From Raja brachyura (taxonomy: Eukaryota): a DNA stretch of 64,000 nt. Made by a program: the position numbers and the translations under genes. Below, one piece after another: positions 1 to 10,414 of the stretch. The DNA lies in assembly GCA_963514005.1 (NCBI GenBank), contig OY740818.1:19530001-19594000 (forward strand), read 5' to 3'. Each line of letters begins with the position of its first letter. The first letter of the stretch is position 1. The notes under the pieces were generated by a model. It was given only the letters and a program-made list of their open reading frames with translations, had not been told where the DNA came from and did no database searches.

Positions 1-173
1 AGAGACAGCACCCCAGGATCCGTATTGAACCCGGCTCACTGGAGTTGTTTGGTTCTGGTTATGCTGTACCAATGTTTCACCAACTTATAAATAATTGATG
101 TAGGTCGCTGTTTATTAATAAAGATTAGCACCACATAGTCCAGAGGGGGTGGTAGAAGTGGGTATCCCTAACC

Positions 174-270
174 AGTCTGAAGAAGGGTCTCGACCCAAAA
201 CGTCACTCATTCCTTCTCTCTAGAGATGGTGCCTGAGTTACTCCAGCTTTTTGTGCCTATTTTCGGTACA
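174..270 (+). mobile_element. Penelope-like element terminal fragment with degenerate hammerhead core
   Basis: CTGAAGAAGGGTCTCGACCCAAAACGTCAC followed by the recurrent CATTCCTTCTCTC..GAGATG..CTGAGTTACTCCAGC motif seen many times in the window. Confidence 0.7.
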
Positions 271-855
271 GTTATAATGTTTGAATGACATTTGGACCGG
301 TTCATGGATAGAAACGGTTTAGAGGGATTATGAGCCAAATGCAGGCAGATAGGATGTGCACTGACAAGAATCTTGGTCAACATAGTTGCAATGGACCAAA
401 GGGCCTGAATCAATGCTGCATAACTCTGCACCTATCAGACAGTGTACAACGTGTATAACATGGAGGGGAAGTTTTAATTCACCAAAGTCTCCAATCTTAA
501 CTTGGTGACCACTCTTACTGAAGACAGTTTATTTATAAAGAGGACATTAAATGCATTTGAGTGCAAGAACTAACAATGTGACTTTAATTGTAGGTAGATG
601 GAGTCCAGAGGGAGTATGTATACACATTGTGGATCGGGTTTACCCTTTCAAAGTGACCTCTGGGTCCAGTGGCTTTGGCTTCTCAAATTTCAAAGTGAGG
701 TCTGCCCAATCTTCAGTTTCAATCAGCTTTCAATTTCCAATCGATATAAATTGGTCCCAGTGGACACGGCTCCAGATGTCAATGCCCACCTAGACTGGTA
801 CACCCTCTAGTGTTCATCCTAAACATTATTCCATCCTTCTGCATGTGGCTTTGTG

Positions 856-1157
856 TTAGTTGTTTAGTTCAGAGATACAGTGCGGAAACGGGCCCTTCAG
901 CCCACCGAGTCAGCACTAACCAGTGACCCCCCCACATATTAACACTATCCTACACACACTCGGGACAATTTACATTTTTCAAAGCCTATCAACCTACAAA
1001 ACCTGTACGTCATAGTGTGGGAGTAAACGGAAGATCTCGCAGAAAACCCACGTGGTCACGTGGAGAACGTACAAGCTCCATACAGCCAACTCCTGTAGTC
1101 GGGATTGAACCTGCGTCTCTGGAGCTGAAAGTGCTGCAACTCTACAACCTGTTCTGC
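856..1157 (-). mobile_element. tRNA-derived V-SINE (HE1-like)
   Basis: Similar to other copies (6284, 55222, 60875): tRNA-like head with B-box-like GGTTCAATCCC, central GGTTTTC..CTCCCACAC core, LINE-like tail. Confidence 0.75.
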
Positions 1158-1696
1158 GATCATTTCCCTCTGGGTTGCTTCTTCTGCCCCATGTCCACGT
1201 ACATTCGCGGACATACCCGCTGGCAAGAGATAGGGCAGCATCTGACTCCCCGGATGCCAACTACCCCTCTATTGTAATGGTAACGAGCACTGTTGGTCTC
1301 CACAAGCCTCTCGGCTGAGTATGTACCAGGTTAAACCTGTTGAAAGCCATTGACGTCAGTCGGAAGAAAACACTGTCAAGAGAAAGTTAGTGGAACTGGA
1401 GACAGTTGACTGTTGTTTAATGAAGACAGTCCTTGCCCTTCCCCTGCCCTGCCCCCACCCCGATGTGCGCACATTTCTCCCTCCATCTCACACCACCCCT
1501 GTCACCCTGCTCCTTTCCCCTCCCTTGTACACACATCATCCATCCCTGAGATCCATATAGTCCTTTTCCCTACTTTATCCCTTTCCACCTGTCCTGTTCC
1601 ACCCATCCCCCCCCCCCCCCAGTACCTCCCCCCCCTCTCCCGGCTTCACATTTCACTTTCCTCTTTCCTTATCTAACATCCGTTCATATATTCACC

Positions 1697-1898
1697 NNNN
1701 NNNNNNNNNNNNNNNNNNNNNNNNNNNNNNNNNNNNNNNNNNNNNNNNNNNNNNNNNNNNNNNNNNNNNNNNNNNNNNNNNNNNNNNNNNNNNNNNNNNN
1801 NNNNNNNNNNNNNNNNNNNNNNNNNNNNNNNNNNNNNNNNNNNNNNNNNNNNNNNNNNNNNNNNNNNNNNNNNNNNNNNNNNNNNNNNNNNNNNNNNN
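1697..1898. other. Assembly gap (~200 N) inside a C-rich Penelope-like fragment
   Basis: Run of n in the sequence; flanks are pyrimidine-rich and end in a degenerate CTGAAGA motif at ~1953. Confidence 0.95.
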
Positions 1899-2846
1899 CC
1901 AGGCTTTGCCCTGCCCCTACTTTTCCAATTTTCTCCCCATACTCCAATCAGTCTGAAGAAGACCCCAAACCTGAAATGTTGTCAATTCATTCCCTCCACA
2001 GATGCTGCCTGACCAACTGAGCTCAGACATACAGAAGTATTCTATGCGCTTTGTTCAAGATTCCAATATTTGAAGATCCTTATGCCTCGAAACCTGTTTT
2101 ATAAGCAAGCGCGTCTGTTGTTTTGTTATTCTGTGTTCAAAATTATTAACACCATTAAGAATTTTTATATTTTTCCACAATATTTGTAACTTTGCAAACT
2201 TTCCAGTAAATGAAAATCAAAGAAGCTACTAGAATTCTGAAATGAGAGCAGAAAATGTTGGGAACACATATCGCATATCGCAGTACCCGTGGAAAGTGGA
2301 ATAGTTAAAGTTTCAGGTCTAGGACCCTCCTTCAGGGTTAGGGTTGGGATTGGCAGCTGTGAGGTGCATGGCCATTGAAGTCCTCAATCAGACTTGACTT
2401 CTCTGGTATTGAGTGTTTCTGCTCTTCAGGGGCAGATGATATTACAACTTCTGACTGGGGTGCCTCGCTGGCTGAAACAACGATATTCCGATAGAATGGA
2501 AGGAAGCATTTTACCGGAAATGAAGCTGTTTTATTAATGTAATCATATCCACACACTGCACAAAAATCCTTGCACATTGGTTAACCGGCTTGGCTAATGC
2601 CATTAAAAGGGCAATATTGATTTATTCTATTAATAATCTTCTATCGATGATCCTGGATAGATTTCACCAATTAAAGGAGTATTGTCTTCCCTTGAATATC
2701 ATTGGGCAGGATGAGCTTTCAACTCAGCATTGATGAGGCGCTAATGATAGTAACGATGTCTAAGAGAGACACTTCAGAAATTTAGCATGCTTATTTGATT
2801 CTTATGTGAGTAGCCTTCCCTTGCTTATTTAACAAGAAGATTGTAA

Positions 2847-3050
2847 GGACCTGTCTCACTTGGCGATTTTTTTGGCGACTGCCGGCATCATTGAAAAATC
2901 TGCGGCGTGATGACGTATGGCGCGCTGCGTTTTTTCAAGTGTCGCAACTTTTTTTGTCGCCGCTGGATTTTGAAATGTTCAAAATCTTTTGCCAACACTG
3001 ATATGACGCCGGCAAATTGTCGCCGAAAAAATCGCCGTGGGACAGGCCTT
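2847..3050. mobile_element. MITE (PIF/Harbinger-like termini)
   Basis: ~30-bp imperfect TIRs GGACCTGTCTCACTTGGCGATTTTTTTGGCGAC / GTCGCCGAAAAAATCGCCGTGGGACAGGCC, TAA on both flanks, CpG-rich interior, no ORF. Confidence 0.75.
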
Positions 3051-3138
3051 TAAGGTCTTGACTTGCAGAACTAGGGGATGGAAATAACAGATGGGCAAGT
3101 CTCCATTGAGAAGGAAGACAACCATTTACGTTACGAAG

Positions 3139-3232
3139 ATTGACACAAGGTGCTGGAGTAACTCAGCGGGTCAGGCAACATCTCTGGAGAAAAGGAAGAG
3201 GTGACGTTTCGGGTCGAGACCCTTCATCAGAG
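3139..3232 (-). mobile_element. Penelope-like terminus with intact minimal hammerhead core
   Basis: Minus strand 3230->3203 reads CUGAUGA-A-GGGUC-UC-GACCC-GAAA-CG-UC. Confidence 0.75.
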
Positions 3233-3920
3233 TGAGCCAGACTTTATCCATTTATATTACACATTAACTATCTAAGGACATCCCAAGGAGGTTTAGAACT
3301 ACTAAAGTACTTCTTGGGGATGGTGACAGCTAAGCAACAACCAAACTGCGCAGCAATCTCCCACAAACAGATAATGTCCAGACAATCTATTTTAAAGATA
3401 TTGGTTGGATAAGTGATTTGGAATTACACACAAAAAGCTGGAGTAACTCAACGGGTCAGGCAGCATCTCTGGAGAGAAGGAATGGGTGACATTTCGTGTT
3501 GAGACCCTTCTTCAGACTTGGAGTACTGCCTTTTGGGTATCGGGCCAATAAATATCCATGTTCATTTATTCTGAATTTGAAAGAAACATTTTCTTGAAAT
3601 TGGAGCTCCATCATTAGATTCAGAAATGATAAGGAATGGTAATAGTTGACATTTTCACTCTAAAGACGTTCGATGGGGTCGCAGTTATGACTGATAGAGA
3701 TTTGTGATTGAGTTAGACAGACACTCTTCTCTAGCCTGTAGTCAATTGTTAATAATCTGTTAATCTGTTCTGGTTTGCGATGGCTTTGATACTGTTTATA
3801 ATCGGTCCTACTATCAATGTGTAAATATTGTCCATCTGTTTAGCAACCTGACTTTATAAGCACTCTATCATTGGCAGTCATGCTTTCAGCTACCAAAGCA
3901 CTAAAGTCTGGAACTCGCTC

Positions 3921-4216
3921 TTTAGACTTTAGTGATACGGTGCAGAAAACAGGCCCATCGGCCCACCGAGTCCGGGCCAACCATAGATCACCCTGTACAC
4001 AAGCACTATCCTACACACTAGGGACAATTTACAATTATACCAAGGCCAATTAACCTAAAAACCTTTGTCTTTAGAGTGTGGGAGGAAACCATAACACCTG
4101 GAGAAAACTGGCGCGGTCAAGGGGAGAATGTACAAACTCCGTACAGACAGTACCCATAGTCAGGATCGAGCCCGAGTCTCTGGTGCTGTAAGGCAGCAAC
4201 TCTACTGCTGCTCCAC
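3921..4216 (-). mobile_element. V-SINE (HE1-like)
   Basis: Full-length similarity to other SINE copies in the window. Confidence 0.75.
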
Positions 4217-5538
4217 TTAGCCACCCTTCAGTCACACTCTCCGGTTATGTTACTGAGATGTTACTGCAGCAGTCCAGTTAAATGTAAACCCACTGCGAGC
4301 AGGGTTCGACTGAGATTTTGGTCTGACAACGCTCTTCTTCAAACCTTGTTATCTCACCCCTCCATAGTTTTGTCCCTAATTTCCTCATCCTGTTGCTATT
4401 CTTTTGTTAATAGTTTCTTTCTGCCTCGCTTTCCTCGAGTAACTCCCTCAAAAACACATCAACTCTTGTCCGCTTGATTGGTTCCTATGGAACAAATTCT
4501 ACCTTCTAACCAGGGCTGGCGAGACTTTCCGAGATCCCGTCTTTTTCCTCTGTCGCAAAAAGTCAAGAAGATCGGGGGATGGCTGAGATGAAACAACCAA
4601 TTCATTCCAGCTTGAACATCCCAAAAACAAAAACTTGAAAAAGACAACAAGGAATGTTTTTATGGCCATTCATTCTATTGCCAAAGAATTGTTGCTTAAT
4701 AACATTTATTCCAGCACCGAAAGTGACAATTCAGCCCATCGGGCGCATACTAGGTCCCAGCAGAGCAATTGGTCTTATTCTCCTGGCCATTGTAGTCTTC
4801 TGACACACAAAGGGGCAAATTACAATGGCCCACCCTCCCTTGAGGTGTGGAAGAAATTGGAAGTCTTGGGGGAAGCCAATGTAATCACAGGGAGAGGATG
4901 CAAACTCCACATAGACAGCACCTGAGGCCTGAATGAGACCTGGTTCTTGGAGCTGTGAAGCAGCAACACTGATTGCTGCACCAACGTGGCTTGTGTGGAC
5001 CGTACATACCGTCAAAGTAGATATCTGGGATCTTTTATGCCCAACAAGGAGGGCAGGCAAAGCCTTAGTTTACAGCTCTGGAATATGTCTGTCTGACCAG
5101 ACTGCACTCTCTATGTTAATAGTGTCTCATGCTGGACATTTGTGTTCAAGTTCCTGCCATTTGAATCTCCAACATTCTGATTTCAAAGATCAGCATGGAT
5201 GAATGGGGCCAATGGTCCTACTATAGTATTGTACAACTCTACGACACTTATGACTTCTGTTTGCACTGATAATATTCTAATATAGAATGTAAGATTAGAC
5301 AGAAAGTTGCTTATTATTAAAACAGTAAGGAAGGACAGGGAAAGTTGGGTCCAAACAAATTTAGCAGAATTTGAAACTTTTGAGATTTTGAGTTTGACAT
5401 TTTATTTGGTAATTTTTCACTGTAGAAATTTGCATCTGTCTTTGTCTCTTCATTCTCCTCTCCTCTCTTTCTATTTTATTTGTTCTTTTCTTTTTGCTCT
5501 TTCCTGTCCCCTTCTCACACATTTGTTCTTCCATCCAG

Positions 5539-5778
5539 CCGCCCTTGGATTATACTTCCCCAGGAAGACCTACCAAGCGACGGTGTACATTGACCAGCCT
5601 GCAGACACGCCACTTTTCCAGGTCTATGCTTTGCCCGATGGGGAGGAGCGCAGGGCTTACTTTGGCTTCTGCAACAATCCCTTGAGCGGATTCCGACATC
5701 ACTGGTTCCGAATCGATGAGCGATCTGGGATCTTTTACCTTAACAAGACACTGGAGCAGAGTGACCTCAATCTGCTGG
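5539..5778 (+). CDS. ret: RET exon 2 (cadherin-like domain CLD1)
   Basis: ccag|CC GCC CTT GGA TTA TAC TTC = ALGLYFPRKTYQATVYIDQPADTPLFQVYAL, similar to RET ALGLYFSRDAY..LYVDQAAGTPLLYVHAL; donor G|gtaagt; phase 1-1, 240 bp. Confidence 0.95.
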
Positions 5779-6283
5779 GTAAGTGAATCCTTGTATCACG
5801 TGGAACGTGATGATAGACGTAATTATGCAATGATGCCATATATGTCATACAAATATTAATATTAATACAAATGTTCCTACTCCATATATTGGCGTCATCA
5901 CATAATAATGTGTGGGTACAAGAAGGTTTTTTGGAAAAATAAATGTAACTTATTTCAGGTTACAGTAAAACACTGGTAACCTGACATCCAATTGTTTGAA
6001 ATCCTCATGGCCGGGCATCTGGCTCACTCATTTGTTTGGAATATGTGCCACTGATCCAGAGGGCAGGTGGGCTGTGTGGCCAGAGCCAAGATCCTGTCTA
6101 GCATCTTGAGTGTGAAGTTGCAACCAGAGCTCGCATCCAGGACGCCGTGGGTCAGGAACATGGCTAGGTCTGCTGTTGGAGCTGGGGTGCAAACTGCTCA
6201 TCTATCCCCCCGCCCTTTTTAAACACACTGCGGTTTATTATATCACTGCCTGACATCTAAAAGAAAGTGAAATAGAAGTGAAT

Positions 6284-6560
6284 GGGCGGCATGGTGGTGC
6301 AACAGTAGAGTTGCTGCCTTACTGCGCCAGAGACCTGGGTTAGAGCCCGACTACGGGTGCTGCCTGTACAGAGTTTTACGTTCTCCCCGTGATCACGTGG
6401 GTTTTTTCCAAGATCTTCTGTTTCCTCCCACACTCCAAAGACGTACAGGTATGTAGGTAAATTGGTTTGGTGAATGTAAAAATTGTCCCTAGTGTGTGAA
6501 GGATAGTATTAATATGTGGGCTGAAGGGCCTGTTTCCATGCTGAATCTCTAAACTATACT
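6284..6560 (+). mobile_element. V-SINE (HE1-like), followed by nested Penelope-like and LINE 3'-end fragments to ~6900
   Basis: GGGCGGCATGGTGGTGCAAC tRNA-like head, core GGTTTTTTCC..TTTCCTCCCACACTCCAAAGACGTACAGG, tail GGGCCTGTTTCCATGCTG..CTCTAAACT. Confidence 0.8.
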
Positions 6561-7134
6561 AAAAGTGTCGACACAAGGAACTGTAGATGTTGGAATCTTG
6601 AGCAGAGCACAAAGTGCTGGAGTAACCCAGCTGTCAGGCAGCATCCCTGGAGAGAACAAGAGACAAAATACATTTATTGTCACATGCACCAATTGGTGCA
6701 GTGAAATTTGTGGTCACCATACAGCCATACGAATAAAATAAAGAGCACAGAACACGATAGTCTTTAACATAGACATCCCCACACAGCGGTATCAAAGTTT
6801 CCCACTGTGAGGGAAGGCACCAAAGTTCAGTCCTACTCCTCCTCTGTTGCGGCAATGGAGAGGCAATGTTACAGGACCCTTCTTTAGACTCGTATTGAGC
6901 AAATCACAAAATGTAGTGGTAACTCAACGGCCCAAGCTGTTTGAAATAGAAGTGTATTTGAAATTTATAGGAGTAATGTTCAATGGTCTGAAGAACCTTC
7001 TTGTCTGACACTTCCAAATTCCCAAGGGTGCTGGATTTTCAGAGTTTTACTATATTACATTGCTTTGCCGGGAAAACGTTATGCATTATATGATGGATCT
7101 GTTGCAAAAGGTTGTGTCGGTGCAGCTTGAGCAG

Positions 7135-7720
7135 TGTAAAGATGGTCTCTTACACACAGAGTCTTTACTACTATTTTATTCACTAGTCAAATACATCGCA
7201 GCCCTAGCTGTACGTGGCCTGTCACGGATGCAAAAGAACGAGACCGGGGTGGGAAGATCACATTTATACTGGATGGTAAGGGGAGTGGTTAGTGGTGGTT
7301 ATGTCACTATATTTAAAGGTATACACACATATCATCTACATCCTTCCTCTACAAATAAGCTATAAGGTTGTGACAGGCCGACCACGTCTCATACGCTAAG
7401 GGCATTTAAACAGCAGTTACACAGGAAGCATCAATCACACAAAATCACCATAACGGACGAGCGGCTTGACAAGGCGGCCCGACCAGGTCCGTACCTCGCC
7501 ATTTCCCGCCTCGACGGGAACAAAAGGAGTCGGCGCAGGGGCAGGAGGAACAACCATGACAGGGGGTCCACGGGGAGATGGAGAGGAAGGAGAAGGCGGA
7601 GAAACAGGGACCACAGCGGGCGGACGCACAGGTGAGGGTGGATGAGCCTTGGGTGAACAAGGCTGGGAAGGACGTGCAGGCATGGACTGAGGCAGCATCA
7701 TTGTCATTGGCACGGGTACC
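7135..7720 (-). mobile_element. 5'-truncated Gypsy-type LTR retrotransposon (pol C-terminus, PPT, 3' LTR)
   Basis: Pro-rich ORF ending VRTWSGRLVKPLVRY, typical of Gypsy pol C-termini; PPT AGAGGAAGGA (7350-7341) abuts a 206-bp LTR 7340-7135 with TGTA...TACA ends, TATAAA (~7265) and AATAAA (7180-7175). Confidence 0.75.
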
Positions 7721-8569
7721 TGTAAATAAATCACACCCCCATATAAGCTAAATGGTGATGAGATTCAGCAGGCAACAATGGCACCGCCATTGGAGGCAAG
7801 AACAACTTGGTCAGCCAACCCAATAAAGCATTTATATTCTTCATAACCCTGATTGGCAAGCAGTGCATTAACTCTGGATGAAGTGATCACGAAGGAATAT
7901 AAACGGAAAAATGATCAAGAGGTCAGGGTGGGGGGAAGGACCTGTTCCTTTACTCCAATGATGTTGCCAGACGCGCTGAGTAACTCCAGCATTTTGTGTC
8001 TATCCACTGTGTGTTATAATGGGAATGTGTTCGTTGACCTCCCACCTATGATATTGGGATGGAATGGGATGGAAATGGAATGAAATACTTTATTGTCACA
8101 TGTGACAAGGCACAGTAACATTATTTGGTTTCATACCTAATGTATACAAATAGTGGTCACCTATGGCTAGTGAGCTGGTGCAGAGAGCAATTTATTATTT
8201 TATCTGAAGGGGGTTACCAAGCAAACCTTGTCAAGGGTGAACGACGTCAGCAGAGATATAATGATTAACCTGAGCCTGCCTTGGTTGCTGTAAACTTATC
8301 AAACATCAACACTTTAAATCCCAGTGACGTCAAAGCCATTCACGGGCAGACAATAACTATCAAAATAGAACTGAATTTGATTTGGGGGCAAAGCATTTAA
8401 TCTTCTATAAAATGAGTATTAATTCTGTCAGATCCTTTCTGTACAGCCAGAATCTCACTCCTAACGCAGATCCCCCTCGGAACTGCTGTGATAAGAATAA
8501 GATGGTGACCCACAACTTTGCCAGTGGTGTATTCACAATGATGATCTGGAGAATGATGGACCATCCCAA

Positions 8570-9020
8570 GCAGCTTAATTACAGAGGGCTCTGTGGTTTA
8601 TGGGCTGATACCAGCAGTGCACATTAGGACACATAATGTGATCCTGGAAGATCTTCAATTCATTGAAATATGCTCTTTGGTCTGCCAAAGAAACTTGGTG
8701 GTCTTCCAGTACAATAAAAAATCTGTAAGGAAATGCTCCTGATTGACATAGTCCAGGTGGGAAGAGTATGTGCTGAGGGATGCACTGAAGCCTGGGGCAG
8801 CCAATACAAAGAAAGTAGACTACAGTCTAAGATCCTTCTGCCACTAGAGATTGAAGTTGTTAAGCCGGGTACTGAAATGAAGCCTCTCAAGCACTTGTAG
8901 CATCCCAGGAGTCCATGAGTGGCAATGGTGCTCGGCACACAAAATGTGCAGACCCTACCATAGTCTAGACCAATAACACTATGAATTTGTGGACTGAATG
9001 ACATTACAAATGTACAGAGA
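8570..9020 (+). mobile_element. Degenerate Tx1-like LINE 3' end
   Basis: GCTCTTTGGTCTGCCAAAGAAACTTGGTGGTCTTCCAG and TATGTGCTGAGGGATGCACTGAAG (YVLRDALK) resemble a chondrichthyan Tx1-like ORF2 end (from recall). Confidence 0.4.
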
Positions 9021-9188
9021 ACCATGTACTTTGGCCTAAATTGTCTATGTCGATTACATTGAAATAATGGGCTGGTCCCATTTGTCTGCATTAACCTAAA
9101 GCCCTGTAATGCCCTCCTATCCATTTGTCTTTTAAAAGTTGTAATTGAATCTGCTTCTATAGCTTCCTCTGGCAGTTCATTCCAGTTA

Positions 9189-9437
9189 TAGACAATAGGC
9201 CATTCGGCCCTTCGAGCCAGCACTGCCATTCACTGTGATCATGGTGGATCATCCACAATCAGTACCCCATTCCTGCCTTCTTCCCATATCCCTTGACTCC
9301 AGCTATCTTTAACAGCTCTATCTAATTCTCTCTTGAAAGTATCCAGCGAATTGGCCTCCACTGCCATCTGAGGCAGAGAATTCCACAGATTTGCAACTCT
9401 CTGGGTGAAAACGTTTTTCCTCGTCTCCGTTCTAAAT
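9189..9437 (-). mobile_element. CR1 LINE 3' fragment
   Basis: Similar to the 3' end of the CR1 copy at 44317-45082. Confidence 0.8.
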
Positions 9438-10132
9438 AGTGTATGGACTACACGCTGACTGATAAAAAATCATCCTCGAGTTCCCTCTTAAATCTCTCGC
9501 CTCTCGTTTTAAACCTGTGTCCTCTAGTATTAGAATCCTCTAGTTTTAATGAAAGACTGTGAGCACTCCTTTGTCGATGCCCCTCATGATGCTAGGCACT
9601 TCAATCATCTCACAGCATCCTACAATTCAACTCAAGCCCGCAAGTCCAGTAATATTACTCTGAACCTCTTCTGCATTTGAATATATTTTTTATAAATTAA
9701 GTTTATTTTTGAAAGAAAATAATTCAAACCCATGTCAAATGCAAAGGTACAACCTACTGGCTCTGAGGTGAAATATTCATTAAGTTAAACAGACGGATAA
9801 GGGCAAAGGTGAATGAAATGTTAGCTGAGGCTGCGTTCAGTTCATAAACCAAATATATTCCCACCAGAGAAAGTGCACATTTCATGAACTACCTGCCTTT
9901 ATGTAGGGACTTCCACTGGTAAGTTATCTCAAGGCTCCACAGAGACGGGCGGTAAAACAAAATTTTACAGTCATATATGGAAATAACAAACCAGAACTTG
10001 GTCAAGGAAGTTGATTGTAAAGGAGGAGATATAGATAAAGCGGAGAAGATCCAGGTGGGATGCCCCCTAATATTAAATAGGTTTTATTCGTGAATGTTAT
10101 GACATCTTATTTTCTTGTTTGGTCTGTTGTAG

Positions 10133-10414
10133 GCAATATGGGTGGACCGGAATTATATAAGATCATGCTGCACGTCTTTGCTGTCCACGAACCACATCAG
10201 GAGAAGGAGTGCAAGGCACAGATCATAATTATTGTGGTGAATAAGATCTTACCAGCCTGTGCCAACACCACAGCAGAAGACCTTTGCTTTGGAGAAGTGG
10301 ATTCCAAGGTTCACATTATTGAGAACCATGATCCTGGAACTTTCTTTCAAATGAATTCCCTGCCAAACCAGTACCACTGCCAACTTGCCAACATCTCCTA
10401 TCAACTCGGAGCAG
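10133..10414 (+). CDS. ret: RET exon 3 (CLD1/CLD2)
   Basis: gtag|GC AAT ATG; ..LPACANTTAEDLCF..HIIENHDPGTFFQM..CQLANISYQL; donor G|gtaacg; 282 bp, phase 1-1. Confidence 0.93.

Noticed and set aside
5307-5538. Upstream in-frame extension of the exon 2 ORF as a possible signal-peptide exon
   Set aside because: Starts at TTG and is the polypyrimidine tract before the acceptor at 5538; RET exon 1 is not in the window.
5795-5811. Small hairpins ATCACGT-GGA-ACGTGAT and GATCTTA..TAAGATC (49926-49945)
   Set aside because: 7-bp stems are expected by chance in 64 kb.
6284-6360. SINE heads as tRNA genes
   Set aside because: No complete cloverleaf; each continues into the SINE core and tail.
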